A DNA stretch of 64,000 nt from Mobula birostris. Lineage: Eukaryota. Positions 12,511 through 25,365 of this stretch are shown piece by piece. The notes under the pieces were generated by a model. That model worked only from the letters and a program-made list of their open reading frames with translations, was not told the origin of the DNA and did not search any database. The stretch is taken from contig NC_092376.1 in NCBI RefSeq assembly GCF_030028105.1, forward strand, positions 60,188,935 through 60,252,934, read 5' to 3'. Within the stretch, counting starts at the first letter, position 1, and each line of letters opens with the position of its first letter. The position numbers and the translations under genes are program-made.

Positions 12511-12780
12511 GTTTCGTCTTGTGGGAAGTCCTCTGCCTCCCTTGACCAAACCCTCTTGCATGACATTCTCTCTTGCATTTGTACCTTCAACCCTTTGATA
12601 TCAACATCTATAATGATAAAGCAGTTGATGTTTCCTACTGTCCAATCAAGTTGAGATTCATTGTCATAGGCATATAAACCCATGGTACAAGTGTCATACA
12701 AATTAGCTTTTTTATACAGCAGTTATATTAAAGAATGTTTTATAAGCTTTTGTTAACTGTTATTTATAGATTCTGCTGCC

Positions 12781-12925
12781 ATGTCTCAGAGCATGTTGAC
12801 AGGAATGGAGAACTCAGCCGTGACAGTGCTGAAGCGGGCTGTTGAATTGGACAATGATTCCCGTTTGCAAGATGCATTGATTTGCTATCAGGAAGGCATC
12901 CATCTTCTTATGGAAGTGTTGAAAG
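12781..12925 (+). CDS. MITD1: MIT domain-containing protein 1, coding exon 1 (MIT domain)
   Basis: Acceptor AG at 12768-69, ATG at 12781, [13 protein letters not shown]...[19 protein letters not shown] at 12926, phase 1. Confidence 0.93.
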
Positions 12926-13800
12926 GTAGTAAAGCCTCTAAAGTTCGCTCTGCTGAAATATCATGAGTTCTAGAACTTCCAAAAAAAACTGCAAGTACTT
13001 TTCCTGCTCTTATGTTTTTCAGAACTAAAGTAAGTATTAATTATGAAAATACTTATTGTTGCACAAGCTAAATAAACCAAACACGAGTATCAACTGAGAA
13101 GTAGGAAAATAAATCAGAGACTAGTTTTATTTGTCACATGTACATTGAACCATCGAAACATACAATGAAATGCATTATTTGTGTCAACAACCAACACAGA
13201 CCGAATATATAATTGGTGGGGCATGTAATAGGATCTATAAATGCACTATGCTAACCACTCCACTACTGTGATGCCCCAAATTACTTTTTAAAAAATAATG
13301 CAAAGGGTTCACTTTATTGTGTTATATGCTTATTGCCTTAATTGTTGCAATTGTTTTACAATTGCTTTTTTGATTGTTTAATGTATGAAATCTATATAGG
13401 ATGTGATTCACAAGCATATTAGCCTTGGAAGTACAAGGCTTGAACCCTAATTTGTTAGCATGCCTCAACTAAGCCGGAGCAGAAGAATTAACTGCAACAT
13501 GTCTTGGGTTAAAAGAGGAATGCACAATGCATTTCAAGCAGGTGGTAACACTGATCCTCACATTGAAAGGTCTAATGTTTAAAGTAAAAGTGGTCTCGAT
13601 CATATGACAATATAATCAAATCGTCTTTCAATTTTCAATGATGGATGAACACCTGGGTAAGATAAATAAGGGTTGTAAAACCTATGTAACCAAAAGCAAG
13701 CATGAGTCATCCACTTAAATCACAGAGGAATAGAAACTGAATGTAAACTGCTCATACGGCTAATGTCATGACTGCCGGACTAATTTGTTTGTTTTAATAG

Positions 13801-13902
13801 CTACAAAAGATGAAGCAAAAAAAGTCCATTATCGAAAGAAGATAACAGACTACATGGATCGAGCAGAAAAAATTAAAGAACGGCTGAATTACCTCAAAGA
13901 AA
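13801..13902 (+). CDS. MITD1: MITD1 coding exon 2
   Basis: AG|...|GT, 102 nt, (A)TKDEAKKVHYRKKITDYMDRAEKIKERLNYLKE (MIT helix 3). Confidence 0.92.
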
Positions 13903-14639
13903 GTAACTATTTTTGCAGTCATTGTTGTAAGTCCCACATTTGACGTATTTTCTCATGCCAGATGTAATCTTTGAATACATTTTTTTGTCTTAATCAATTC
14001 AAAAAGATAGAATGGTTAATCAGTTGTCTGAGCTGTTACATTGTCATACAGAAAAGGAAAAGTCCAATAGTCGACTGCTGGTAAGGGCTGATTTAACAGA
14101 TCTCATCTGGGAACAGACTAAATACAATCACAATATCCCCTGGTGAGGGGAAAAGTACCAACCAAATTCTCCATTCCAGTTCACTGCGCTGGAAAAGCAA
14201 TGATAAACTTAAGCTTGGCTGATGTATACACTGGGCTAAGAAAATAGTATAGGCTTACACACAGAAACATTGGAATTACATGGTAGCATGGATTACTTAT
14301 TCCAAATGCTTATTTTTTGAAAGGGAGAGGAAAACACGAGAAAATTCAAAGAAATAAACCACCTGAATTGTGTTTCAGAATTAGGTAGTACAGTTGTGTC
14401 AATATTTCAACAGCCTTAATGATGTATTACCGATCAATGTTATGTTTTCTTCCCCTCCCACCCCCAAAAGAAAATAGCAAAACATTTTGGTGGAGCCTCC
14501 TTGTGTTTTGCCCATACAGAATATGACAAAGAAATTAAAGCATTTATCTCAATTAAGCAATCTATTTAGCTCATGTGACAGATTCATGCTTTACACAAGT
14601 CTTTTATTGCCCCCGTATGAAATCATATTCTTGCAATCT

Positions 14640-14932
14640 TTATTTATTTTATTTACTGAGCTACAGCGTGGAACAGGCCCTTTGATCCCTTCAAGCCACT
14701 CCACCCAGCAACCCCCAATTTAATCCTAGCCAACTCACGGGACAATTTACAATGACCAATTAACCTACCAACGGGTACATCTTTGGACTGTGGCAGGAAA
14801 CCAGAACAACCGGAGGAAACCCACACGGTCACGGGGAGAATGTACAAGCTCCTTACAGGCAGTGGTGGGAATTTGAACACAGGTCACCTGTACTGTAAAG
14901 CATTGTGCTAACCACTACACTACCATGCCACC
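14640..14932 (-). mobile_element. tRNA-derived V-SINE (HE1-like) with a CR1-type tail
   Basis: A/B-box head (GGTAGTGTAGTGGTTAG...GTTCAAATTCC), V-domain GGGTTTCCTCCGG...GGTTTCC..CCACAGTCCAAAGA, and tail GGGCCTGTTCC...AATAAA. Confidence 0.8.
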
Positions 14933-16152
14933 CACTGACACATTTAAATAGTTTCTTCCTGTCTGCATCTGTGTTAATTATCTCACCTGCTCTCTGTGGC
15001 AGTGAGGTTCACATTCATAGAAAGTGGTCATCAGTCTATCAAAGCAATACTGTCAAAATCTTTATTTACTCTCATTGTTCAGTTTGAAGTAAATGGCTTC
15101 TTACTTTAAAGCACTTTGTGTGCTTATGCTGGTAGTTTTAAAATATGAGTGATGCTGTTTGGGTTTTCCCAGTCACTACCACTTAATCTCTGTTCCTTTT
15201 TGGCATCCTGTATCAAAGTCATAGTGCAGTAAAATTTTACTTTCACCAGTTAGGTGAGAATTAGAGCGTTTAAGGCAGTAACTTGAAATATTTGCCTTTA
15301 TCAGCTGAGACAGAATATGTTGGGTGGTCAGTTTGGATCTGCATAAAGCGATAGACTGCTTCACATTACCGTGGATTATATAGTAAGTGGCAACCCTACT
15401 CACGTTGTAACATGTTCTTGCTCTCCAAGTCCTGTGACAGTACTCTATACGATATACTTAATAGGCCAATGTAAGTTTCACACAACTTTTACTTTTCCAT
15501 CCTACACTATGGGAATGAACTTGGTGCTTTTATTTAAAAGGATTGCACTAAAATTAAGCTGCATCACAGTTTTATTGATCTGTGCACCTGCACCCCAAAT
15601 CCCTCTTCTTTCCCATTCAGTCACACTTTTCAAAGAGAATGCAATCTCCTGAATCTTCATACGAGTGGGAATACAATTTAATGTGAGAAACAACGAGAAA
15701 AATATTTCTAGCTGTTTGTTTAAAATGGAGTAAAGGCTTTAGTCGATATTTGTGGCTACTTAATAGCCAAGCACAGAACGGAATGCAATTGTACCCAGTC
15801 CAGACCAATTAATGGGACAGACTTCCTTTTCTACAGAATATTAATACATTGTATTTCATTTTAATTTCCAGAATGTTTTTAAAATCTGAAATAAAGTTCA
15901 GAAACTGCTATTGTAGTATTCTCTAAATATTCAGTAGCGGTTCTTGATGATGTCTTTTTCAGTAAAATTACCTCGTGAAATGGTAGCTTTGTTACCTCGT
16001 AAGATTTTGAAAAAACAGATTTCTTCCTGATTTAAAAACTACTGCATCTTCAAACAAGGGTATGGTTAATTGTCATAAAAGGTTGGCTCTGTGCAGTTTA
16101 GTTTGGACATGTTTTTCTCGTGAATAATTCAAAAGTAATCATCTTAAAAATT

Positions 16153-18036
16153 AACACACACAAAATGCTGGAGAAACTCAGCAAGTCAGGCAGCACCTAT
16201 GGAAAGGAATAAATTCTGAACTTGTGTCGGTACATCTTGACTCCATTTTATCCCCTTCAGTCCCTTCCCATATACAGCTACATCCATTACATTTCACACA
16301 TTCTCGATCTCTCCAACAACTTACAATTCCCTGTTCCTGATTGGCTCATTTTCACTATGGATGTCCAATCCCTATACTCTATCCCTCCGCCCCCCCCCCC
16401 CCCCATCAAGAAGGCCTTAAAGCCCTCCACTTCTTTATCAACTCCGGACCCATCCAGCACCTCCCTCCTCTATCTGGCAGAACTGGTCCTCCCACTCAAC
16501 GATTTCTCTTTCGGCTCCTCCCACTTTCTCCAAACCCAAGGTATAGCCATAGGCAACCACATGGGCCGCAGCTATCCCTGCCTTTTCATTGGCCATGTGG
16601 AACAGTCCATGTTCCCAGCCTTCACCGGTTATGCTCCCAAACTGTTTCTGTGCTACACTGATAACTGCATTGGTGCTGCTTCATGCTCCCATTGCTGAAC
16701 TCGTCAATTTCATCAACTTTGCCTCCAACTTCCATCGTCCTTAAATTCATTTGATCAGCTTCTAAAATCTCTCTCTCCTCAATCTGTCTACCTCCATTTC
16801 TAGGGACAAACTGTCTCAAAGAAATCTACTGATCGTCACAGGTGTCTTTTGACTATACTTCTTCCTACCCAGTCGCCTGTAAAAATGCCATTCCCTTTTC
16901 TCAATTCCTTCGTCTCCACTGCATTTGTTCTCAGAATGAGATTTCCTCCTTCTTCAATGAACAGGGTTTCCTTTCGTTGTTCACCATTGATGCTGCCCTC
17001 ACCTGCATCTCCTCCATTTCCCGGACATCCACCCTCACCTCACCTTCCCGCTGCATTAACAGTGATAGATTTTCTCTTGTCCTTTTCTAACACCTGATGA
17101 GCCTCCCCACCCAGCGCTTCATTCTCTGCAACTTCCACCACCTTCAATAGCATCCTAACATATCTTTACTCCTCTTCCCCTCAACTCTCTGCTTTCCATG
17201 GGAGTCCTTTTCTCCATGATTCACTAGTTCAGTCATCCCTCCCCACTATTCTCCCTCCCAGCCCTTATCCCTGCAAGCAGGAGAAGTGCTCACTTGTCCG
17301 TTCACCTCCTCCATCCCCTACATTCAGGGCCCAAACAGTCCTTCCAGGAGAGACAACACTTCAGCTGCAAATCTCTTGAGGTAGTTTACTGTATCTGGTG
17401 CTCCTAATGTACCCTCCTGTACATCGATGACACCCAGTGTAGAGTGGGAAACTGCTTTGTCAAGCATTTTCATTCCATCCACAACAACCAAGATTTCCTG
17501 GTGGTCAACCATTTTAATTCCAATCCCTATTTCAATTCTAACATGATGGTCCATGGCCCCCTCTACTGCAACGATGAGGCTACTCTCAGGTTGGATGAGT
17601 AACACCTCATTCCATCTCAGTAGCTTCCAGCCTGAAAGCATGAATATTGATTTCTCTAACCTCTGTTAATTTTCCCCCTGCCCCTCTTCCATTCTCCACT
17701 CTGACTGCCCTCTTACCTCTTCTCTTCTCCTCACATCCCTATCACTTCCCCCTGGTGCACCTCCTCCTTCCCTTTCTCCCATGGTCCACTCTCCTCTCCT
17801 ATCAGATTCCTCCTTCTTCAGCACTTTACCTTTTCCACCTATCACATCCCAGCTTCTCACTGCATCCCCTCCTCCCTCACCTTCTTATTTGAATTCTTCC
17901 CCCTTCTATTCCAGCCTGATGAATGGTCTCAGCCTGAAACAGTGACTGTTTTTCCTTTCCATAGATGCTGCCTGACTTGCTGTTTCTCCAGCATTTTGTG
18001 TGTGTTGCTGTGGATTAACAGCATCTACATCATTTT
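16153..18036 (+). mobile_element. Older degenerate Penelope-like element with a short inverted 5' arm
   Basis: RT remnants FTMDVQSLY and QTQGIAIGNHMGRSY; degenerate hammerhead CTGATGA...GAAAC at 17916-17940; inverted arm at 16153-16212. Flanks ATCTTAAAAATTAA (16141) and ATCTTAAAATTTAA (18037) resemble a TSD. Confidence 0.85.
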
Positions 18037-18127
18037 ATCTTAAAATTTAAACTGTTATAAAGAATTTTAATCCAGATACAAAAATGGAAATTGTTTTGTG
18101 TACAGAATATTTACTGTAAATTATAAG

Positions 18128-18391
18128 GTAGCCACGATAATGTAGTGGTTAGCGTGACGCTAATACAGCTCGTTGGAGTTTAATTCCAACATCATCTGTG
18201 AGAAGTCTATACGTCTTCCCTGTGGAATGTGTGGGGTTTCTCCAGGTCCTCTGGTTTCCTCCTCCAGTCCCAAGACAGCCCAGTTAGAAAACTGTCCTCT
18301 GATTAGTCTCCGATTAAATTGGAATTGCTGGACAGCACAGCTTGAAGTGCCAGAGAAAGCTATTCTGCACTGTTAATTAATAATAAATAAA
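18128..18391 (+). mobile_element. tRNA-derived V-SINE (degenerate)
   Basis: GTAGTGGTTAGC head, GGGGTTTCTCCAGGTCCTCTGGTTTCCTCC V-domain, AATAAATAAA tail. Confidence 0.7.
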
Positions 18392-18608
18392 TTCCAAGCC
18401 TTCAAGCTCCTTGTTAAAGTGAAACTCCCATGTTTCTGTGGTTTCATATTTACACTTAATTAAATACTGAATTTTAAATTTTCATTATTGCAGAATTTTT
18501 TATTTGGAAGTTAAAATATGCTAGTTCATTAAATATAAATCTAAAACATGCCTAAAAGATGATAAAAATTGTGTTTATATAATCTTGTACTACCTTTCTG
18601 TATTTTAG

Positions 18609-18745
18609 AAGGAAAATATCATGAGCAGATCAAAATTCCAGAAGATGCTACTGGATTTAGTTACGAAAAGTTGTTCAAACCATACCTGGATTCTTTTGTT
18701 ACTGAGGTCTGGGTAGAAGATCCGTACATCAGGCATGTTCATCAG
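18609..18745 (+). CDS. MITD1: MITD1 coding exon 3
   Basis: AG|...|GT, 137 nt, [22 protein letters not shown]...[13 protein letters not shown]. Confidence 0.93.
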
Positions 18746-19003
18746 GTGACAATCATCCTAGTGTATCATTAAAACATCTTGTTGCCTTGCAAGTTTTGTC
18801 TTAATTTGTAAACAAGGTCACCATTTCTGTATTTTGTCCCATTCAGGTTGTTGAATATCCAAATCTAAATATTTTACAAATATTCAAATCTGTTCAGACA
18901 AAAATAGACTAAGAAATTGAAGTATACTACTTTTAAACTTAATTGCAATTTTAACTTTACAATCTACATAACCAATACTCATTTCATGGCATTTATTTTT
19001 TAG

Positions 19004-19087
19004 CTGTACAACTTCCTGAGATTCTGTGAGATGCTTATAAAAGGACCTTGCAGTGTGAAAACTATCCATCTGCTGACTTCACTTGAT
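19004..19087 (+). CDS. MITD1: MITD1 coding exon 4
   Basis: AG|...|GT, 84 nt, [28 protein letters not shown]. Confidence 0.92.
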
Positions 19088-19914
19088 GTACGTAATTTAC
19101 AGCGATTCATTGTGTTAGGGCTAGGAGACCATGGTTTTCATTGCAAGTTTGTAATTAATTTAGTACACAACTACAGCTAGATTGCTGCAGGTACATTATT
19201 AAAGGTGCTAACTGTACCTGTGTGGGGTTTTACAATTCATTTACTCTACTTTGAAAGTATCTTTCTTTTTGTGGAAAGGGATGTTTATATTCACACTTTT
19301 CCAGATTTACTTCTACTTTGTGTACTTCACAACCTCAGCTGTTTTAATGTGATGTTGATCAAGGAGAAATTTCCAAAGGAATAAGTTAAAATTTCAGCAG
19401 TAATGACTTGTCTGTGGAGATTAACTTCATTTGGTCAGAGCTACACTCCTGTTAGATCCAAGAACAGACCTTGTCTTTTAACCACACAAGGTGCACTCCC
19501 TGGGGCAAACATCTCTTTAACTAATCATTAAGTTATCTGAAAGCCAGAAAATAATTTTTAAAAATACTTAACATTGTTTTTGCATAACTAATATGAAACT
19601 AAGCTACCTTTGCCTCTTTTGTATATTAGCTATTGGCTAATTTTATAAGGGCATAAATTGGAACCTTTGAGCAGATTTCTTATATCCACAGTTATGGAAT
19701 AAGAATGCTACAAAAGGACAAATTACAGAAAGGAGGAAAAATATTTTAAGGCGATGCCAAAATTATAACTATTAACTTATTTTTATGATTCCAAGTCTTA
19801 ATTTATTGGGATCTTACATATAGTATTGTTAATGCTATTTCTAAAATACTTGTATCAGATTTTTTAAACTATAATTATGATATATATTCTTTAATTTAAT
19901 CTATTCAATTTTAG

Positions 19915-20030
19915 GATGGTAATAACTCGCAGCAGACCAGTGGTCTTGAGGAAATAAAACAGTCATTGCAGAGTTACAAGATAATGTTGGAGATAAAATA
20001 TTCCTCGTCAATACATGATCGAGAAATCAG
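19915..20030 (+). CDS. MITD1: MITD1 coding exon 5
   Basis: AG|...|GT, 116 nt, [21 protein letters not shown]...[10 protein letters not shown](R) (PLD-like domain). Confidence 0.92.
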
Positions 20031-20264
20031 GTAAATTATTTGTAGTTTTTTTTTGTAAGAAATCGAAATTTTACTTTGTCACTCCTAGTGTTATTTTGCT
20101 CTTGTTAATAGGTCTCAGTATTCTTTAGAATCAGAATCAGGTTTAGTATCATCCGCATATGTCATGAAATTTGTTAACTTTACAGCAGCAGTACAATGAG
20201 ATATATAATGTAACTCAGTTGGTTTTTCTCTATATTTATTTGTTATATATGTTCGTATATTATA

Positions 20265-20572
20265 TATAGGCATCCCTTAGTCTCATGAGACCATGGATTT
20301 ACGTCTTGGAAGGTTTCCAGGGCGCAGGCCTGGGCAAGGTTGTATGGAAGACCAGCAGTTGTCTATGCTGCAAGTCTCCCCTCTCCACGCCACCGATGTT
20401 GTCCAAGGGAAGGGCATTAGGACCCATACAGCTTGGCACCAGTGTCGTCACAGAGCAATGTGTGGTAAAGTGCCTTGCTCAAGGACACACATGCTGCCTC
20501 AGCCAAGGCTCAAACTAGCAACCTTTGAATCACTAGACGAACGCCTTAACCACTTGGCCACGCGCCAACACG
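20265..20572 (-). mobile_element. tRNA-derived SINE with a CORE-like central domain
   Basis: Head TGGCGCGTGGCCAAGTGGTTAAGGCG...GTTTGAGCC, then GTGTCCTTGAGCAAGGCACTTTACC (CORE-like), ending in a TA-rich tail. It sits inside a Rex-like tail remnant (about 20126-20620). Confidence 0.65.
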
Positions 20573-21727
20573 TGTGTATATATCTTTCTATTAAATAGTT
20601 AAAATAAGTAGTGCAAAAAAAATTTTTTGAGACAGTGGAGATTCCTTCCTAATATTTGTGCCTCCAAAGAAGCTAATAACATTGATCTAGATCTATCTAA
20701 TAAGAACTAAGATTTGATCCTGCCATTACATCATTATAAACAAGAATTCACATTTGTATAGCTTTTGGAATGACAAGGACAATGAACCTTAAAATAATAA
20801 ATGGATTGAACTCGATTAAAAGGCAATGGAATTAGATTCATTAATGACTTTCCTAAAACAATTAGGTAGCAAGGGAAAAAGATTTGTGGGTTTGATACAA
20901 GAGAGGAAGAGTGAAAGTAAGCGGCTTGCTCAAAAGTGAGGAAGATTTGATGATCCAATTGTCTTCCTGCATTATTGAACTATTTTAGACTGCCTTGAGT
21001 GTTACAAGCACTTAACTGCTATGATTCAATCTTTGATTCAATCAGACAAATTAGCTGCTCTCTTGAAGACATAAGAAAATTAATATCCACCACCCAACTG
21101 CCACTGTATTCCAAATACTTTTAATTCTCAGTTACAGCAGGAAAATAGGGACACTGACAATTCCTTTTAATCCTGGTGTAGACCACTCATCAGGTCACTT
21201 CAGTGAACAGTAAAATACAGAGGAAGCAAAAGACAATTATGGAAAACATACAGCAGGGCAGGCAGCTTACAGGGAATAAGAATGAGTTAACATTTTAGAT
21301 TGATTACATGCAAGCAAATCATTCAAGGTATCAAACTGAAGAGCTAACTTTATTCTTTCTGTACACATGCTGGCAGTCTGTTGTGCATTTTCAGTTTTTA
21401 CGCTAATGGAGAACGACCAAGGTGCTTGTGTGCAGACAAGGTTCTTCAGGTCATCCTATAGAGCAGTGGAGTACCACAGCACAGAAATAGACCATCTGGC
21501 CCTTCCGGTCCGCGCCAAGCTGTTATTCTGCCTCGTCTCATTGACCTGCACTTGGACCATAGCATCTATTTCCCTTCCACTCATGTACCTCTCCAGATGC
21601 CTCTTAAATGTTCTACTGAACCTGCGTCCATCACTTCCACTTTCACCCTTAATCTATGACGTCTAGTTCTAGTCTCACCCAACCTCTGGAAAAAGCTTGC
21701 TATGGAAACTAAAACTACTTTGTTAAA

Positions 21728-22016
21728 GATTAGTTTTATTTGTCACGTGTACATTGAAACAGATAGTGAAATGTGTTGTTTGCGTCAACGACCAATGCAA
21801 TTGAGATGTGCTGAAGTTAGACTGTAAGTCGTTGAGCATCTAGCACCAACATAACATGCCCAAAACTCACTAACCCTAACTCATATGTCTATGGAATGTG
21901 GGAAGAAATTGGAGCAGACAGAGGAAACTCCTTACAGACAGCGATGGGAATTGAACCCCCATCACATAGCTGGCACTTTAATAGTGTTACGCTAACTGCT
22001 ACACTACTGGGCTGCA
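21728..22016 (-). mobile_element. V-SINE variant with a Rex/Babar-like 3' tail
   Basis: Head GTAGTGTAGCAGTTAGCG...GGTTCAATTCC, partial V-domain, and tail ...GTGACAAATAAAACTAATC. A related remnant lies at about 13120-13277. Confidence 0.6.
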
Positions 22017-22435
22017 CTCACAGTATTGATATCATCTGTTCAATATGTACTGTAATAGCATTTAATTATATTAATACATGGACTTTAGCTATGTTTTTCT
22101 ACATTAAGTAGATTTCTGTACAAGGTAATAATTAGATGTTATTGACATATTGCTTCTATCTTTGTAATCCCTTCAGCAACCTTTAACGTGAAATGAATGT
22201 AGGCTAATGGAAGTAATATATCCCACATTATAAATTGTAGAAAATAACTTCTAGAATGTGATTGGAATATTTACAGGTTTCCTATTTTATTTTCTAAATG
22301 TAAAGTAAATCTCTTATAATCAATGTTTTGATGTTCTTTGTGCCAGAACATTAAGTATACATTTTAAATTACTCTTCAGAAAGCTACCTTTTTAAAATAA
22401 AAAGTATGTAATTGTAATATTTTTATTCATGCTAG

Positions 22436-22496
22436 ATTCAACAATGGGTTAATGATCAAGATTGGAAGAGGATTAGATTACTTTAAAAAAACACAG
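22436..22496 (+). CDS. MITD1: MITD1 coding exon 6
   Basis: AG|...|GT, 61 nt, [20 protein letters not shown]. Confidence 0.92.
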
Positions 22497-24229
22497 GTTT
22501 GTTTCTTGAAGGAAGGCTGACCATCAAAGAATACAATTTCTAATTAAACTGAATGCTCATATTTCTACATATTTTGGGTCGGCTATTTAGCAGAAATTTA
22601 TCATTCTTTAAAATTTGACTTATAGCTGACGGCCTGATTTTCTTTTTCTGCCTTTAGCAGCAACTAGTGGTTGAGAAATGGAACTTCATGCTAACACTGA
22701 TTTCAAAACCAGGTTTATCAAAAGGAGTTGTAGCACGTCCTGCAGAATTTATTTGGACTGCAGTCCCAGATTTTCATTTTGCATGCATGTATTCAAGGAG
22801 CTACTGTTCTGTGTCAAATATTGCTTTCAAAATAATGGCACTGTATTATTTGAGAAGAGATAACTACATTTACAAAAAAAGACTATTGTTTAGGATGAGA
22901 CTTTATTCAGAATGAGACTTGGGGTACGAGTTCAAACAGGGAGGTAAACAGCAATGGGGATGATGTAGACAGACAGGCAGGATCATGCTGATGGTTAGCC
23001 AACAGGAGTGTAGAATACCAGCAAATAACAATCACGGAGGGAGGGGGGCACTGGAAACACTACCCTTAGTTTCTAATGTCTGCTGTGCACTAGTAACCAC
23101 ATTACCACAAATCATGGGACTAGCATGGGGAAGACCAACTCAAAGGTTGGGTTAAGCATGATCCACCCTAATGAATCACGTTGGAGTTTTGAATCCTGAT
23201 CAAAGCATCAATGATACCAGGACAGATTTACCCTGAACAAATAACACATAATAGAAATGGAATGGACAGTGCAGGGAAAGATAAGCTAATTAATATGCAA
23301 ATGTCAGTACGGAACATGTTTAGCTTATGCATAAGATTGTCCGCTGTTGAACTGGACAAACTTCTATTCTTCTGTAATGTGCCCATTTTTCCTATGATGC
23401 CAATGCAGCCATAGGGTAAAATTATGTCTTTTATTTCAGCAAGAAAGCAGACTTCATGGAAAGCAACTCTGCTTTCTCTGCATAGTGAAGTCCTTATTTC
23501 TAATTCCTTGTGATATGATTAGTTGACTTGTATCCCATGATTGACTGGGAGAAACCTTACTTTTCAGTTGTACCTTGATGCAGGTTATGAACAAGACATT
23601 AGAGGAGGCAGATCAGGTAATGGTCAGAAGCATTTAGTAAGGGAGATAAGAAATAAATCCATCAGAATTATCAAGAAGCACACCTGAAAGGCAAGGATCT
23701 CTGGCAGCATGAAAGAATATATCTACTTCAAATTTTATTTATAAAATGTTTTATTTCTAAATTAATTACGATGTATTTCAAAGCTTTTTAGGCATAGAAC
23801 AAACATTTAAAAATTAAACAATCTCTTTCGCCATTATTTTTTTTATTGCAAAATGTTTAGTATGTCCCAGAATGTGTCATATCTCCCTGGCATTTGAGTG
23901 TGAGGAATATATTTTACAGTAACTGACTTGTGTAATCTAGTTAACCTTAAGATCAGTTGCTTCCATCCTATTACTTTCATGGGTTAATTTAAACATTTGT
24001 TTTGGAACATCTCTCTCATCAATTTTGCTGGTGGTTGATACAAGTTTGGTTCCACTAAAGTTACTGTCTGATTGCAATTTAAGTCACTTCCTTATGGGTT
24101 GGCTGATTCAGTGCCAATAACAATATTCCATTCTAATGTGAAGCTCTGTTTATTGCATGTGCTTTCTCCATTATTCTGATGTACTAAGCAAGCATGTTGT
24201 GGAGAATTAATAGGCAACGTAAGTAAAAT

Positions 24230-25365
24230 ATAAACTGTTAGAAGTCAGCAGGTTTGACTGTATCTGTGAAGGCAAAAGAGTGGTTGATAATTTGGGTCAA
24301 GACCCTCCATCAGGACTGAGTGTAGAGTGAAGACAGCTGGTGTATAGAAGTAAAAAGGAAGGGTAAGGCAAAGGCTGGTAGGTGACATATAAAATGAGAT
24401 TTCAGGGCCGGGGGTGATGGGGAGAGACAGCTAAGAGAGGGAGTGGGGATTGTTGAAACAGAGGCTGGTAGGTGATAGGTGGAACTAGGCAATAGAGGGT
24501 GATGGATAACAGAACCAGATGCTTGAGGGGAAAGGAAAGGTTGAGGTAGACAGACACCCCAATAGTTTGAACATTTCATTTAACAAATTCCCTGTGCTTT
24601 TTATGCAGTCACCAATCCAACTACAGTAGAGTTTATCCCCACCACCACCATCTCCACCCTCATTACCAAGATTAATCACTCTGTCCATCTGCTCATCATC
24701 CACATACCTCTATGGGTTTCTTCTTCCTTGGTTCACTTTTCCTGTCATTCACCTTCCTTCCCCCCCAACCCCAGCCCACTCAGTCTGGTGCCATCTGCTC
24801 ATACCTCCCTTATCTGGTTCCACTTATTACCTATAGCCTCTATTCTTCCCTCCCTCACCTGGCTCCTCTGTTTAAAATTTTCTTCCTTTTCTTTATTTAT
24901 GTTTCTGCTTATTGCCTACCAGCCTCTGTCTCTACTCTTTTCTCCCTCATCTGGCTCCACCTTCTTAAAATTTTCTTTACGCAAACAACAGGAATTCTGC
25001 AGATGCTGGAAATTCAAGCAACACACATCAAAGTTGCTGCTTGGCCTGCTGCGTTCACCAGCAACTTTGATGTGTGTTGCTAAAATTTTCTTTATTTGTG
25101 TTTCCACTTATCACCTAGCAGCCTCTTGTTGTTACCCAGCCCATCATCCACCCCACCCCCCACATTTGGTTCCATCTATCAGCTACTAAACTGTTTCACC
25201 CTTCCTCAATTCTATATATAGGCTTTCTTCTCTCTACATTCTGTCTTGACCTGAAACATGAAACATTCCTTTGTCTCCACAGGTGCTGCTGACCTGCTGA
25301 GTTCTTCCAGCAATTTATCATTTTTTGCTCCGGATTCCATCATTTGCAGCCTCTTGTGTCTTCCA
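24230..25365. mobile_element. Old inverted non-coding PLE-derived element
   Basis: A purine-rich minus arm (hammerhead relic ...GACCCTCCATCAGGACT near 24301-24317) is followed by a pyrimidine-rich plus arm ending in a PLE-like tail (...CCAGCAATTTATC...TTGCTCCGGATTCCATCATTTGCAG). Confidence 0.55.
24980..25080. mobile_element. 101-bp mini inverted PLE insertion with a perfect 14-bp TSD
   Basis: TSD TAAAATTTTCTTTA at 24966-24979 and 25081-25094. A 23-bp perfect stem forms between 25017-25039 and 25059-25081. The sequence is nearly identical to the ends of the 203-5421 element. Confidence 0.9.

Noticed and set aside
14880-14932. tRNA genes at SINE heads (also about 18130 and 20520-20572)
   Set aside because: They have A/B-box-like sequence only, no complete cloverleaf, and run directly into SINE body domains.
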